Assembly: GCA_030153785.1 (NCBI GenBank)
Contig: JASKLF010000003.1
Coordinates: 18,673 to 82,672 of the forward strand
DNA length: 64,000 nt
Direction: 5' to 3'
Origin: a bacterium
GTDB taxonomy: Bacteria; Synergistota; GBS-1
Shown: piece by piece, positions 39,897 to 50,206 of the stretch
Layout: each line of letters begins with the position of its first letter
Position numbering within the stretch: the first letter of the stretch is position 1
Program-made: the position numbers and the translations under genes
Notes under the pieces: generated by a model
What the model was told of the DNA's origin: nothing
The model's database searches: none
Seen by the model: only the letters and a program-made list of their open reading frames with translations

Positions 39897-41561
39897 TTAG
39901 CTTAACATAGGAATCTTTATACCGTGCTTTCTGGCCCATTCTATGGCTTTCTCATATCCCGCATCGGCATGTCTAACTACACCTATGCCAGGATCGTTTC
40001 TCAAAACTCTTTTAACCTTCTCAGCAGCCTCATCGGTGCCATCAACTACCGTAACCTGTCCCGCATGAAGTGAATACCCTATACCCACTCCCCCACCATG
40101 GTGGAAGGAAACCCAACTTGCGCCACTTGCGGTATTGAGTAAAGCGTTAAGAATAGGCCAATCTGCTATTGCATCGCTACCATCTTTCATTCCTTCCGTT
40201 TCTCTATAAGGAGAAGCAACGGAACCTGTGTCGAGATGGTCCCTTCCTATTACAATAGGAGCTTTAATCTCGCCTTTTCTAACAAGCTCATTAAATATCA
40301 GTCCCATTTTGTCTCTCTCGCCGTAGCCAAGCCAACATATCCTCGCCGGGAGTCCCTGAAATTTAACCTTCTTCTGAGCCATTTGAATCCAACGCACAAG
40401 ATGCTTCTTCTCGGGGAACGTTTCTATAACAGCTTCATCAGTCCTATATATATCTTCTGGATCTCCCGAAAGGGCTACCCACCTAAAAGGTCCTTGTCCC
40501 TCACAAAATAGAGGCCTTATATATTCAACGACAAACCCGGGAAAATCATACGCATCCTTAACGCCACGCTTATAGGCCTGCGTTCTTATATTATTGCCAT
40601 AATCGAAAACAATGGCTCCCATTTTCTGAAGGTCAAGCATAGCCCTCACATGTCTGGCTATAGAATCTAAAGCCATCTCTTTATACTTCTCTGGATCCGT
40701 TTTCCTCAGCTGAAGAGCCTCCTCATAGGGGATACCTGCTGGAACATAACCATTTAGCTCATCATGGGCCGACGTCTGATCAGTAACCACGTCTGGAACG
40801 ATTCTTCTTTTAACAAACTCCGGGAATATCTCCGCCGCGTTACCAAGCAAACCTATAGAAATTGCTCTACCTTCCTCCTTCGCCTTAAGCGCTATATTTA
40901 AAGCTTCATCCAAGCTCTCCACCATGACATCTAAATATCCAGTCTCAAGTCTTCTCTGGATTCTCTTACGATCGACCTCTACGATTATACCTACACCCTC
41001 ATTCATAGTAATAGCAAGAGGTTGAGCCCCACCCATCCCACCAAGACCGGCCGTTAAGACAAGCCTGCCCTTCAAAGTTCCATTAAAATGCCTGTTAGCT
41101 ACAGCAGCAAGTGTCTCATAAGTCCCTTGAAGGATACCTTGCGTTCCTATGTAAATCCAGCTTCCGGCTGTCATCTGCCCATACATTATGAGTCCTCGAG
41201 CTTCCAAATCCCTAAAGTAATCCCAATCCGCCCATTTGGGAACAAGGTTTGCATTAGCTATCAAGACCCTCGGACTCCAAGGATGGGTCTTAAATATACC
41301 TACCGGTTTTCCAGACTGAACAAGAAGAGTTTCATCATTCTCAAGTTCCATCAAACACTTAACTATGGCATCGAAGCACTCCCAATTTCTAGCAGCCTTA
41401 CCCGTTCCACCATAAACAATTAACTCTTCAGGCTTTTCGGCAACCTCCGGGTCTAAATTATTCATCAACATCCGTAGGGCGGCTTCCTGAACCCACCCCT
41501 TGCATCGGAGCTCCGTTCCTCTCGGAGCTCTCACCACCCGCTTCTCTAAAACTTCTTTCAC
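39897..41561 (-). CDS. hutU: Urocanate hydratase
   Basis: [58 protein letters not shown]. Confidence 0.98.
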   Translation of the reverse strand: MKEVLEKRVVRAPRGTELRCKGWVQEAALRMLMNNLDPEVAEKPEELIVYGGTGKAARNWECFDAIVKCLMELENDETLLVQSGKPVGIFKTHPWSPRVLIANANLVPKWADWDYFRDLEARGLIMYGQMTAGSWIYIGTQGILQGTYETLAAVANRHFNGTLKGRLVLTAGLGGMGGAQPLAITMNEGVGIIVEVDRKRIQRRLETGYLDVMVESLDEALNIALKAKEEGRAISIGLLGNAAEIFPEFVKRRIVPDVVTDQTSAHDELNGYVPAGIPYEEALQLRKTDPEKYKEMALDSIARHVRAMLDLQKMGAIVFDYGNNIRTQAYKRGVKDAYDFPGFVVEYIRPLFCEGQGPFRWVALSGDPEDIYRTDEAVIETFPEKKHLVRWIQMAQKKVKFQGLPARICWLGYGERDKMGLIFNELVRKGEIKAPIVIGRDHLDTGSVASPYRETEGMKDGSDAIADWPILNALLNTASGASWVSFHHGGGVGIGYSLHAGQVTVVDGTDEAAEKVKRVLRNDPGIGVVRHADAGYEKAIEWARKHGIKIPMLS

Positions 41562-41567
41562 AAATCA

Positions 41568-42719
41568 TCACTCCTCTGGTGGCTTTATAATTTCGGGATC
41601 ATCAACGATCCCATAATAATGGAACGCTCCATCCTTGATTATCTGAACCTGAACAGGTTTAACGACCTCACCTATCTTCGTAAACCTCTTTATCTTCCCA
41701 GTTAAGGCATCTAAGTCTTGCAGAGATGCAATAGCGTCCTTTATCTTAGCAGGGTCTACAGAGCCTGCCTTCTTTATAGCTTCAGCTATTATCAAAACGC
41801 TATCGAAGGAAGAAGCTCCAACCATGTCAGGATCAATGTTATACTCCTTCTTGTACCTCTCTATAAACCACTTAACCAGAGGTCTTTGGTCATCCCTGTT
41901 AAAGTTAGTAACTATCACCATACCCTCAGCAGCCTTACCAGCAATTTCTATAAACTTCGGAGAGTCAAACCCTTCCTCACCCACTATGTAGCCTTTGTAA
42001 CCCAAGTTGCGGGCTTGAACAACCGCAGAACCGTGGAAATAGTAACCGCTTATGAATATAGCGTCGGGATTAGCACCCTTTATCTCCGTTAAGTAAGGAG
42101 TAAAGTCCTTCTCCCTTATGGGGAAGAATTTCTCTCCAACCACTTTAAGTCCGATCTGCTCTGCCCTCTTTTTAAAACCGGCAGCAAGAGCTCTACCATA
42201 ATCAATATCAACGGTTAAAAGGTAAACGGTTTTTGCCCCAAGCTTTCTGCCAACCACTTCTGCCGCTGCTGCCCCTTCAATCTCGCCAAGGAAGCCGTTT
42301 CTAAAAACATATTCTCCAGCCCTGGTAATATCGGGATGCACCGCATAGGCAGCAACCATGGGTACCTTTGCTTCCTGAAAAACGGGAGCAGCCGCTCTTG
42401 TGGGACCACTGTAAGAACCGCTTGCTACCGCAACTACCTTATCCTTCTCTATCAGCTTACGAGCTATCGCGACAGCCTCGCTTGGCTTTAACCCATCATC
42501 ATAAACCACAAGCTCAAGCTTTTTACCCAATACACCGCCCTGTTCATTAATATACTCAATAGCGAGCTTTGCAGAATTCAAAGCACTTGCACCATCGGCA
42601 GCTGCAGGACCTGTAAGAGGAGCGAAAAACCCTATCTTAATGGTATCCTCTGCAAAAGCCACTCCTCCCACACAAAGAAACATAACCACCACTAATGCCA
42701 GTTTCTTCAAGGAGACCAC
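41568..42719 (-). CDS. Liv-type ABC transporter substrate-binding protein
   Basis: Signal peptide, IKIGFFAPLTGPAA, INEQGGVLGKKLELVVYDD. Confidence 0.9.
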   Translation of the reverse strand: MVSLKKLALVVVMFLCVGGVAFAEDTIKIGFFAPLTGPAAADGASALNSAKLAIEYINEQGGVLGKKLELVVYDDGLKPSEAVAIARKLIEKDKVVAVASGSYSGPTRAAAPVFQEAKVPMVAAYAVHPDITRAGEYVFRNGFLGEIEGAAAAEVVGRKLGAKTVYLLTVDIDYGRALAAGFKKRAEQIGLKVVGEKFFPIREKDFTPYLTEIKGANPDAIFISGYYFHGSAVVQARNLGYKGYIVGEEGFDSPKFIEIAGKAAEGMVIVTNFNRDDQRPLVKWFIERYKKEYNIDPDMVGASSFDSVLIIAEAIKKAGSVDPAKIKDAIASLQDLDALTGKIKRFTKIGEVVKPVQVQIIKDGAFHYYGIVDDPEIIKPPEE

Positions 42720-42758
42720 CTCCTTTTTATTTTACAGCCTCTGGGAAAATGAGGCCCT

Positions 42759-43469
42759 TTAACCACCAAGATAAGCTTCCTTAACCATAGGGTTACCCGC
42801 AAGCTCCTTCGCACTACCCTCAAGCACTATGCTTCCTGTCTCTAAAACATACCCTCTATCGGCAACTTTCAGGGCTTGACGAGCATTCTGCTCCACAAGC
42901 AAAATGGTGATACCTTTTCTTTTAAGCTCGTTTATCGAATCATAAATCTTTTCAACCAAGATCGGCATGAGACCCAAAGAAGCCTCATCTATCATCAGAA
43001 GCTTTGGTTTAGCCATTAAAGCTCTACCTAAAGAGAGCATCTGCCTCTCCCCACCACTCATGGTTCCAGCAAGCTGGGATCTCCTCTCCTCAAGTACGGG
43101 AAATAGCTCAAAAACCTCTTTCATTCGAGTCTCGATTTCCCTTCTATCAGTGAGAGGAAAAGCCCCTACCCTTAGGTTCTCCTCCACCGTAAGGTCAGGA
43201 AAAACCCGTGCACCCTCGGGCACCATTCTTATGCCCAGTTGAGCTCTCAAATGAGCTGCCATACCGTTCAAAGGCATTCCTTCCCACAATATCTGTCCCT
43301 TTTCGACCTTTTCCAACCCCATTATAGAACGTAGTATACTTGTCTTACCCGCACCATTTGCTCCTATAATCGTCACGAGCTCTCCCCGCCTGACTACTAT
43401 AGAAACCCCCTTCAACGCCTTAATCTTCCCATAGCTTAAATGAAGGTCTTGAAGCTCAAGAAGGTTCAA
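42759..43469 (-). CDS. livF: Liv-type ABC ATPase (LivF-like)
   Basis: GANGAGKT, AGTMSGGERQM, TILLVEQNA, ADRGYVLETG; start uncertain. Confidence 0.9.
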   Translation of the reverse strand: MNLLELQDLHLSYGKIKALKGVSIVVRRGELVTIIGANGAGKTSILRSIMGLEKVEKGQILWEGMPLNGMAAHLRAQLGIRMVPEGARVFPDLTVEENLRVGAFPLTDRREIETRMKEVFELFPVLEERRSQLAGTMSGGERQMLSLGRALMAKPKLLMIDEASLGLMPILVEKIYDSINELKRKGITILLVEQNARQALKVADRGYVLETGSIVLEGSAKELAGNPMVKEAYLGG

Positions 43470-44232
43470 ACTCCTCACTCCCACCCTTACCAAGATAAGC
43501 CTCTATAACCTGGGGATTGCTTCTTATTTCCTCAGGTAAACCTTCAGCTATTTTTTGTCCATGATCCAAAACAACCATTCTATCACACAATGCCATAGCC
43601 ACCCTCATATTGTGCTCTATCAGCAAAACGGAGATACCCTTCTCTCTTATCGACCTTATAAGCTCCATTAACGGGGTTATTTCCTCATGAGCCAGACCCG
43701 AAAAGGACTCATCAAGAAGAAGAAGTTTCGGAGAAAGAGCTAAAGCTCTTGCTATTTCCAGTCTCCTCAATACCCCCAATGGAAGCACAGCTGTAGGTAT
43801 TTCCTCATATCCATTCAACCCAACGCTTTCTATAAATTCGTATGCTACCTTTTTTAAGTCTGAGGAAATGTAGGTCTTCAGGCTTTCAAACAAACTATCA
43901 TACTTTTTCTTACCGTAGGCAACGAGAACATTCTGCCAAGAAGTTAAACCCTTAAAGGGGCGGACTATCTGAAAGGTTCTTCCGATACCAAGCTTGGCAA
44001 TCTTATGAGGGGGAAGACCAGTAATCTCTTTTCCTAAAAAATATATTTTCCCACTTGTAGGCTTTAAGACACCACTTATGAGGTTAAAACAGGTGGTTTT
44101 TCCTGCTCCATTAGGGCCAACGAGCCCTAAAATTTCTCCCTCTCTGACATGAAAGGAAACATCCTTTACCGCTTCCAATCCGCCGAACCTTTTCGTTAAA
44201 TTTCTAACTTCAAGAACAACATTATTCTCCAT
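43456..44232 (-). CDS. livG: Liv-type ABC ATPase (LivG-like)
   Basis: KRFGGLEAV, GPNGAGKTT, GIGRTFQ, LLIEHNM, VIEAYLG. Confidence 0.9.
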   Translation of the reverse strand: MENNVVLEVRNLTKRFGGLEAVKDVSFHVREGEILGLVGPNGAGKTTCFNLISGVLKPTSGKIYFLGKEITGLPPHKIAKLGIGRTFQIVRPFKGLTSWQNVLVAYGKKKYDSLFESLKTYISSDLKKVAYEFIESVGLNGYEEIPTAVLPLGVLRRLEIARALALSPKLLLLDESFSGLAHEEITPLMELIRSIREKGISVLLIEHNMRVAMALCDRMVVLDHGQKIAEGLPEEIRSNPQVIEAYLGKGGSEEFEPS

Positions 44233-44252
44233 TCGATCCCCACCACTTATTT

Positions 44253-44293
44253 ATTATAAGTCAGATTATTAAAAATAACAATAGTGCTATAAT
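44253..44293. promoter_or_regulatory. Divergent -10 elements (livG / tdh-like gene)
   Basis: Plus strand TGCTATAAT at 44285-44293; minus strand TATAAT at 44258-44253; AT-rich gap. Confidence 0.5.
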
Positions 44294-44321
44294 ATTAAAA
44301 TAAAGAAGGGAGGATAAAAAA

Positions 44322-45359
44322 ATGAAAAAAATGAAGGCCATAGTTAAAGAGAACGAGGGGAAAGGAGCACAATTAAAAGAGGTAGCAATTCCAACGCCAA
44401 AGGAAGACGAAGCTCTAATAAAGGTTTTATACTCAGCAGTATGCGGAACCGATCACCACATCTATTTGTGGAATCAATGGGCACGGGAAAATGTAAAATT
44501 ACCCCAAATAATGGGACACGAATTTGTAGGTGAAGTGGTTGAGGTAGGGAAAAATGTAAGTCGAATAAAGGTAGGAGACATCGTTTCTGCCGAAACCCAC
44601 ATATTTTGCGGAAGATGCAAGCAATGCCTCACGGGCAATCACGGTATATGCAGATTCATGACTTTATTTGGCATTCATACACCTGGCTCTTTCGCTGAAT
44701 ACACGGTAGCTCCTGAAAAGATTCTTTGGCAAAATCCTAAAGTCATTCCACTTAAGTATTGTGCGGTTCAAGAGCCACTTGGTGTAGCTCTTGAAGGCGT
44801 ATTAGCTGAGGATGTATCTGGAAAAACCGTTCTCATAACCGGTTGTGGACCAATAGGTCTTTTTTCAATCGCAGTAGCCAAGGCCTCGGGAGCAAGCAAG
44901 ATATTTGCAGCTGATATCAAAGAATACAGGCTTTCGTTGGCAAAAAGGGTAGGAGCGGACGAAGTCATAAATTCGAAAGAGACAGACTTGGTCAAAACGA
45001 TATTAGATTATACAAATGGAGATGGAGTAGATATATTAATAGAATGCTCTGGCTCGGGAAAGGCTCTAAGGCAGGGATTGGAAGCCTTAACCAAAGGCGG
45101 CAGGGTTAGCTTGGTAGGTCTTTTTGGAGAAAACATAAACCTTGAAGCCAATTCTCTATTGGTATTCAAGGCTGCCCGAGTATATGGAATAAGCGGAAGA
45201 AAGATTTTCTCCACATGGTGGAAGGTGAGAGAACTTTTAGAAAAAGGTAAACTCAACTTAGAGCCTATAATAACCCATGAATTACCGCTTGAGGATTTTG
45301 AGAAAGCAATGGAATTGATAGAAAGGGGAGAGTGTGGGAAGATACTCCTAAAACCATGA
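44322..45359 (+). CDS. tdh: L-threonine 3-dehydrogenase-like zinc dehydrogenase
   Basis: CGTDHHIYLWNQWA, GHEFVG, VSAETHIFCGRCKQC, GCGPIG, GISGRKIFSTW. Confidence 0.8.
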   Translation: MKKMKAIVKENEGKGAQLKEVAIPTPKEDEALIKVLYSAVCGTDHHIYLWNQWARENVKLPQIMGHEFVGEVVEVGKNVSRIKVGDIVSAETHIFCGRCKQCLTGNHGICRFMTLFGIHTPGSFAEYTVAPEKILWQNPKVIPLKYCAVQEPLGVALEGVLAEDVSGKTVLITGCGPIGLFSIAVAKASGASKIFAADIKEYRLSLAKRVGADEVINSKETDLVKTILDYTNGDGVDILIECSGSGKALRQGLEALTKGGRVSLVGLFGENINLEANSLLVFKAARVYGISGRKIFSTWWKVRELLEKGKLNLEPIITHELPLEDFEKAMELIERGECGKILLKP

Positions 45360-45375
45360 AAAGGAGGGAAGAAAA

Positions 45376-45885
45376 ATGATAAAGATCAATCCAGAAAGCG
45401 ATGTAAATGTGCTTTTAGATATTGCTGAAAAGATGTGCATAGCAGCCAGAACTGCGCCAAAAGCAAGGGGTTTAGATTCGATCGTCACAGCAATAGTATG
45501 GGGGGAAGAATTGAAAAGGGTTCAGGAAGAAATGATTAAAATCGGCCAAAAAGAAAATCTTCCCTTCTTTATTAGAGATGCCGAAAACATTGAAGGAAAG
45601 GTTGTGGTAATTATCGGCACCAAATGGAAGCAAACAAGCGAACCTTTTGAAGGTATAGAGGATGAAGATAACGCAAGAAAGGCCAGTTCTCTTATAGATC
45701 TTGGAATAGCAATAGGTTCAGCCGTATCTATAGCGAAAGAACACTGCGTGGACAATAGAGTAATGTATTCAATCGGAAGAGCTTGCACAAGCCTAAAGCT
45801 CCTCGGGGAAGATGTTAAAGTAGCTTATGGCATACCGCTAAGCGTGTCTGGGAAAAACCCATTTTTCGACAGAGTGAAAAAGTAG
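45376..45885 (+). CDS. DUF2148-like ('ferredoxin domain') protein
   Basis: AARTAPKARG, FIRDAEN, IDLGIAIGSA, VDNRVMYSIG, GIPLSVSGKNPFFDR. Confidence 0.8.
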   Translation: MIKINPESDVNVLLDIAEKMCIAARTAPKARGLDSIVTAIVWGEELKRVQEEMIKIGQKENLPFFIRDAENIEGKVVVIIGTKWKQTSEPFEGIEDEDNARKASSLIDLGIAIGSAVSIAKEHCVDNRVMYSIGRACTSLKLLGEDVKVAYGIPLSVSGKNPFFDRVKK

Positions 45886-45887
45886 AT

Positions 45888-46643
45888 TTAGTCCATCATT
45901 ATGCCACCATCTACATCCATTATCTCACCTGTTATAAAATCGGCATAATCTGAAGCTAAAAAAAGAACAGCAAAAGCAATGTCTTCTGGCTTTCCAAACC
46001 TTCTTAAAGGAATCGTTTCTATAAAGCTCTTTCTCTTGTCATCAGGAAAACCTTCAAGCATTCGCGTTTCTGTAGGACCAGGACAAATGGCGTTTACATT
46101 GATTCCATAAGGTCCTCCTTCCCGAGCCAGAGCTTTAGTGAAGGCTATTACACCACCCTTTGAGGCAGCATAGATTGAGTTACCGAAAATCCCTCCTCCT
46201 CGCTTACCCGCAACAGAAGCAATATTTATTATCTTTCCATACCTTCTTTCCAACATTTTAGGGAAAACAGCATAACAGGTATTAAAAACTCCCATAAGAT
46301 TAACCGCTATAACCTTAGTCCACTCTTCTGGAAGACACTCAACAAAGGGTTTGGTATAAACAATACCCGCATTATTGACCAGAATATCCACTTTACCGTA
46401 CTTACTCAGTAGTCCGCTAACAGCTTCCTTTACCTCCTCCAAATTAGAAACATCTACCTTGTAAAACTCTCCCCTGCCACCCTTTTCCTCTATCTCCTTA
46501 ATAACAGATTTCGCTTCTTGTTCTATAATATCAAAGAGGACTACCACAGCATTTTTGCTGGCAAAAGCTAAAGCAATAGCTTTACCTATACCCCTTGCCC
46601 CACCTGTAATCAACGCCAGCTTACCTGAAAAGTCAAAGGTCAT
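45888..46643 (-). CDS. SDR family oxidoreductase (FabG-like)
   Basis: TGGARGIG, NNAGI, YAASKGG, VNAICPG. Confidence 0.92.
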   Translation of the reverse strand: MTFDFSGKLALITGGARGIGKAIALAFASKNAVVVLFDIIEQEAKSVIKEIEEKGGRGEFYKVDVSNLEEVKEAVSGLLSKYGKVDILVNNAGIVYTKPFVECLPEEWTKVIAVNLMGVFNTCYAVFPKMLERRYGKIINIASVAGKRGGGIFGNSIYAASKGGVIAFTKALAREGGPYGINVNAICPGPTETRMLEGFPDDKRKSFIETIPLRRFGKPEDIAFAVLFLASDYADFITGEIMDVDGGIMMD

Positions 46644-46684
46644 GATAAATAACCCCCTCTTCTTTACATATCCACTTAAAACTA

Positions 46685-46720
46685 AAGGAGGGACAGGATC
46701 TCTTTGTTATCCTGCCCCTC
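46685..46720 (-). terminator. Stem-loop between the DUF296 and SDR genes
   Basis: GAGGGGCAGGAT/ATCCTGTCCCTC stem followed by CTTTAGTTTT on the minus strand. Confidence 0.55.
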
Positions 46721-46750
46721 ACCTCCAGAAGCTTAAATTACAATCAAAAC

Positions 46751-47233
46751 CTAAACAATATTTTTAAACTTAAAAAGCGGGAACCCTGTCTCTTCATCCT
46801 CTTCCCTCACTATACTAACCCCCTCAAGCTCTCTTAAAACTAATTCAACGGTAACGAGAACGGGATTCCCACCAACCACATGTCCACCATAAACTTTTCC
46901 TTCCCTATCGGAAACAACGAGATGAAGATGCACGGCTTTTTCGCCGTTCCGATTGACTCCAATCAAACCGCCACCACATAAAAGCTCAATAGGCCCTTCT
47001 ATTACAACTGGATCACAATATCTAACCCCCATTTTTTTGGATTCATCCCTTATAGGATAAACGAAGGTAAACTTCCTTAGACTTCCCAATACTACATCTA
47101 TGCTACCAAAGTTTATATTGTGTTCTTTGCACAAGGCTAGAATACCTTCTATCAAATCTGTGCCTGGAAGAAGCCTTCCAACAATTGTCCTTCCCGCCTT
47201 AGAGTCTACCGAAGAAAATCTTAAACCAGTCAA
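46751..47233 (-). CDS. PPC/DUF296 domain protein
   Basis: RLLPGTDLIEGI, LGSL, HLHLVVSDREGKVYGGHV. Confidence 0.88.
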   Translation of the reverse strand: MTGLRFSSVDSKAGRTIVGRLLPGTDLIEGILALCKEHNINFGSIDVVLGSLRKFTFVYPIRDESKKMGVRYCDPVVIEGPIELLCGGGLIGVNRNGEKAVHLHLVVSDREGKVYGGHVVGGNPVLVTVELVLRELEGVSIVREEDEETGFPLFKFKNIV

Positions 47234-47247
47234 AGTACCAACCCCTT

Positions 47248-48567
47248 CTACTTAAGAGTTACGGTGGGTAACCACATTACAATATCAGGGAAAATTATAC
47301 ATAGGGCAAGCCCTAATGCCTGAAGGGCCACAAAAGGAACCACTCCCCTATAGATATCGGTGGTTTTGACCTCCGGTGGAGCAACTCCCTTGAGGAAGAA
47401 TATGGAGTAAGCAAAGGGCGGGGTTAAAAAGGACATTTGAAGATTAACTGCTATTAGTTCAACAAAATAAAGAGGATCAAAGCCAAGGTTAACTGCGATA
47501 GGTAAAAATACCGGGATAACGATATAAAGTATGCCTATCCAATCTATAAACATACCGAGAACGAATACCACAAACATCATCAAAGCGAGGATCCCCCACT
47601 TACCAAAGCCTGTAGCCAAGAGTAAGGACTCAACCAAAGCTCCACCCCTCATAAAGAGAAACACCGCTGTAAACATTCCGGCTCCAACTATGACAAAGAA
47701 AACCATTGAAGTTATTTTTAAGGTTTCATAAACAGCTGCCTTAAGAACGTTAAACGTTAATCTCCTGTAGGCTAATGCAACTATAATTGCACCAAGCGCG
47801 CCAACAGCTGAAGCTTCTGTTGGGGTAGCGAAACCAAAAAGAATTGACCCTAAAACTCCTACAAGCAAACCAAGAACAGGGACCATATAGATCAAGGTTT
47901 GGATTATAAGGGTCTTCTTATCCACAGTCCTTTCTGAAGCACTAACTGCTGGTGCAACTTCCGGCTTAAGCCAAGACAAAAGCAATATGTAAGCCGTGTA
48001 AAAACCCGAGAGAAGTAAACCGGGGAAAATGGCTCCCGCAAAAAGCTTAGCTACCGAAAGGTTACACATCGGTCCCATCATTACCAACATTACACTTGGA
48101 GGAATCAATATCCCTAAGGTCCCACCAGCACAAACTACGCCCGAGGCAAGACCTTTATCATAGTTTCTCTTAAGCATCGCAGGGAAAGCAATTAAAGCCA
48201 TCGTAGTAACAGAAGCTGCTATTATCCCCGTACAAGCTGCAAAAAGAGTGCTTATGATTATAGCAGTTATAGCAAGTCCCCCTCTAATAGGACCAAATAA
48301 TTGAAACATAACATTAAATAGCCTTTCCGCCGCCTCGCTCTTTTCCAGGATTATACCCATAAAAACGAAAAGAGGAACCGCTATTAAAACCTCGTTCTGC
48401 ATAACTCCGTAAGTCTTCTGAATAAACAAATCTAAGATCCTTGGACCTCTGTACAAATAACCAAAGAGGACCGCTAAAAACATAAAAGCAAAAGCAAGTC
48501 TAACTCCAGTTAGTACCAATGCAATAACTAAGATCATAGCAATCAAGGCTATTACTTCAGAGGACAC
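47248..48567 (-). CDS. dctM: TRAP transporter large permease
   Basis: LIAVPLFVFMG, GGTLGILIPPS, ATPTEASAVG, SFLTPPF. Confidence 0.93.
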   Translation of the reverse strand: MSSEVIALIAMILVIALVLTGVRLAFAFMFLAVLFGYLYRGPRILDLFIQKTYGVMQNEVLIAVPLFVFMGIILEKSEAAERLFNVMFQLFGPIRGGLAITAIIISTLFAACTGIIAASVTTMALIAFPAMLKRNYDKGLASGVVCAGGTLGILIPPSVMLVMMGPMCNLSVAKLFAGAIFPGLLLSGFYTAYILLLSWLKPEVAPAVSASERTVDKKTLIIQTLIYMVPVLGLLVGVLGSILFGFATPTEASAVGALGAIIVALAYRRLTFNVLKAAVYETLKITSMVFFVIVGAGMFTAVFLFMRGGALVESLLLATGFGKWGILALMMFVVFVLGMFIDWIGILYIVIPVFLPIAVNLGFDPLYFVELIAVNLQMSFLTPPFAYSIFFLKGVAPPEVKTTDIYRGVVPFVALQALGLALCIIFPDIVMWLPTVTLK

Positions 48568-48570
48568 GTT

Positions 48571-49074
48571 TTACCCCTCCTTTTCATTAAGTCTTTTACA
48601 AACCTTAATAAGTTCCAAAATCCCCTGCAGAAAAACCAAACCGAACCCCAACGGAATCATGGTTTTTACAGGTCCAGAGGGGAAACCCCACGTGGTTGTG
48701 GAAAGCCTCTCACCCGTCACCCAGGCATAAGTGGCATATTCTATACCTTTCCATGTAAGGATAGCCATAACAGGCAAAAGCACAACAGCGTAAAAGATTA
48801 TCTCCCACCAAAGTCTAAGTTTATTAGGCAACGCACCGAGTATTATATCAATCCTGACATGTCTTCCCTCTTGAAGAACCCAACCCCCACCCAAAAGGAA
48901 AAGAGCACTGAAAAGCATCCACGCAGTATCGTAAACCCAATCGGTAGGTTTATTTAGAATATACCTGATGAAAACTTCATAAAGAACAACAGCGTTCAAG
49001 GGAATAACTAACCATGCACCCGCCTTGCCACAAACCCTAACCACCTTTTCCACCAAAAGCATAGTGTTCCCCAT
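48571..49074 (-). CDS. dctQ: TRAP transporter small permease
   Basis: Four TM helices, YEVFIRY..PTDW, HVRIDI. Confidence 0.9.
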   Translation of the reverse strand: MGNTMLLVEKVVRVCGKAGAWLVIPLNAVVLYEVFIRYILNKPTDWVYDTAWMLFSALFLLGGGWVLQEGRHVRIDIILGALPNKLRLWWEIIFYAVVLLPVMAILTWKGIEYATYAWVTGERLSTTTWGFPSGPVKTMIPLGFGLVFLQGILELIKVCKRLNEKEG

Positions 49075-49107
49075 TTCTTCTCCCCCTTTTACCGCCGTTA
49101 CTTTAAA

Positions 49108-49135
49108 AGGGAGGCAAGGGATTCCTTGCCTCCCT
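49108..49135 (-). terminator. Stem-loop between the dctP remnant and dctQ
   Basis: Perfect 12-bp stem AGGGAGGCAAGG/CCTTGCCTCCCT with a 4-nt loop. Confidence 0.7.
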
Positions 49136-49142
49136 CTGCAAG

Positions 49143-49340
49143 CTATATATCAAACTTGCTAAATTCGTAGAACGGCCTTATCTTCTGTAAGAATCGTTTT
49201 TGTGATTCCCACACCTTCTTAAAGTATTCGTCTTCTTTCGACTTTTCCTCAAGAATCTTAAAGGCTATCTCCTTTGCCTTCTTCTGATCTTCCACTGAAA
49301 GCTTGGTCATTTGAACGCCAGCTTGTTTTATCTTCTCAGA
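49143..49340 (-). pseudogene. dctP: 3' remnant of TRAP substrate-binding protein DctP
   Basis: Hand translation [64 protein letters not shown]; expected position before dctQ; no N-terminus. Confidence 0.8.
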
Positions 49341-50157
49341 GGAAATTAACGCATCACCTTTGGCGAAAAGAATTGCAAAGGAAAAAGGAGTAGACTTGCG
49401 ATTAGTTAAAGGAACCGGTGAAGGAGGAAGAATTACAAAAGAAGATGTATTGAGATTTATAGAATCAATGAAAAGGGAGGAAGCGCCAGCTTACAAGGAA
49501 ACCCAATTAACCTCTATAAGAAGAACGATCGCAGAAAGGCTATCAAAATCCTTCCACACCACTGTTCCAGTAACAGAAACCATGGAAATAGACGTTACCG
49601 AGCTTTTAAAGGAATTCAAGAGACGCAAAGAAAGCTCTACTGTAAAAATAAGCTTAACAGCTGTATTCGTAAAGCTTTTGGCCAACCTGCTCTGTGAGTT
49701 TCCGCAGTTCAACGCACATTTCGATGGAGAAAAGTTAAAGCTCTTTGAAAACGTTAACATGGGGGTAGCCTTCGATACTCCGGAAGGTTTACTGGTCCCT
49801 GTTATTAAAGAGGCTAACAAGAAAAGCCTTGAAGAGATAGCCAAGGAACTAATCGAAATGGCAGAAAAAGTGGAGAATAAAAAATACACATTAGATGATA
49901 TTACTGGTTCTACCTTTACGATAACCAACCTTGGAATGTTAGACATTGATATATTCACACCTGTCATAAATCCACCGGAAGTGGCAATCCTTGGAATAGG
50001 GAGAACAAGAAAAGTTCCGGAGATCACCGAAGAGGGTATTAAATTCGTAGACAAAATCTGGTTCTCGCTAACCTTTGATCACAGAGTAATAGACGGTGCA
50101 CCTGCCGCAAGGTTCTTGAAAAGGCTTAAAGAACTATGTAAGGAACCCAAACTTTAA
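49339..50157 (+). pseudogene. 5'-truncated dihydrolipoamide acyltransferase (E2) lacking the lipoyl domain
   Basis: Homology begins at [33 protein letters not shown] (E3-binding domain); catalytic TFTITNLG and FDHRVIDGA present; no lipoyl domain, SD or E1 genes. Confidence 0.8.
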
Positions 50158-50162
50158 CTTTC

Positions 50163-50206
50163 AAAATAAAGGGGCTCCGGAATTTGTCTCGGAGCCCCTT
50201 TATTTT
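50163..50206. terminator. Bidirectional terminator between convergent E2 and livM
   Basis: 17-bp inverted repeat AAAATAAAGGGGCTCCG/CGGAGCCCCTTTATTTT. Confidence 0.88.

Noticed and set aside
49360-50157. E2 as an intact, naturally lipoyl-less gene starting at TTG 49360
   Set aside because: The TTG falls inside the conserved ASPLA motif, has no SD, and abuts the truncated dctP
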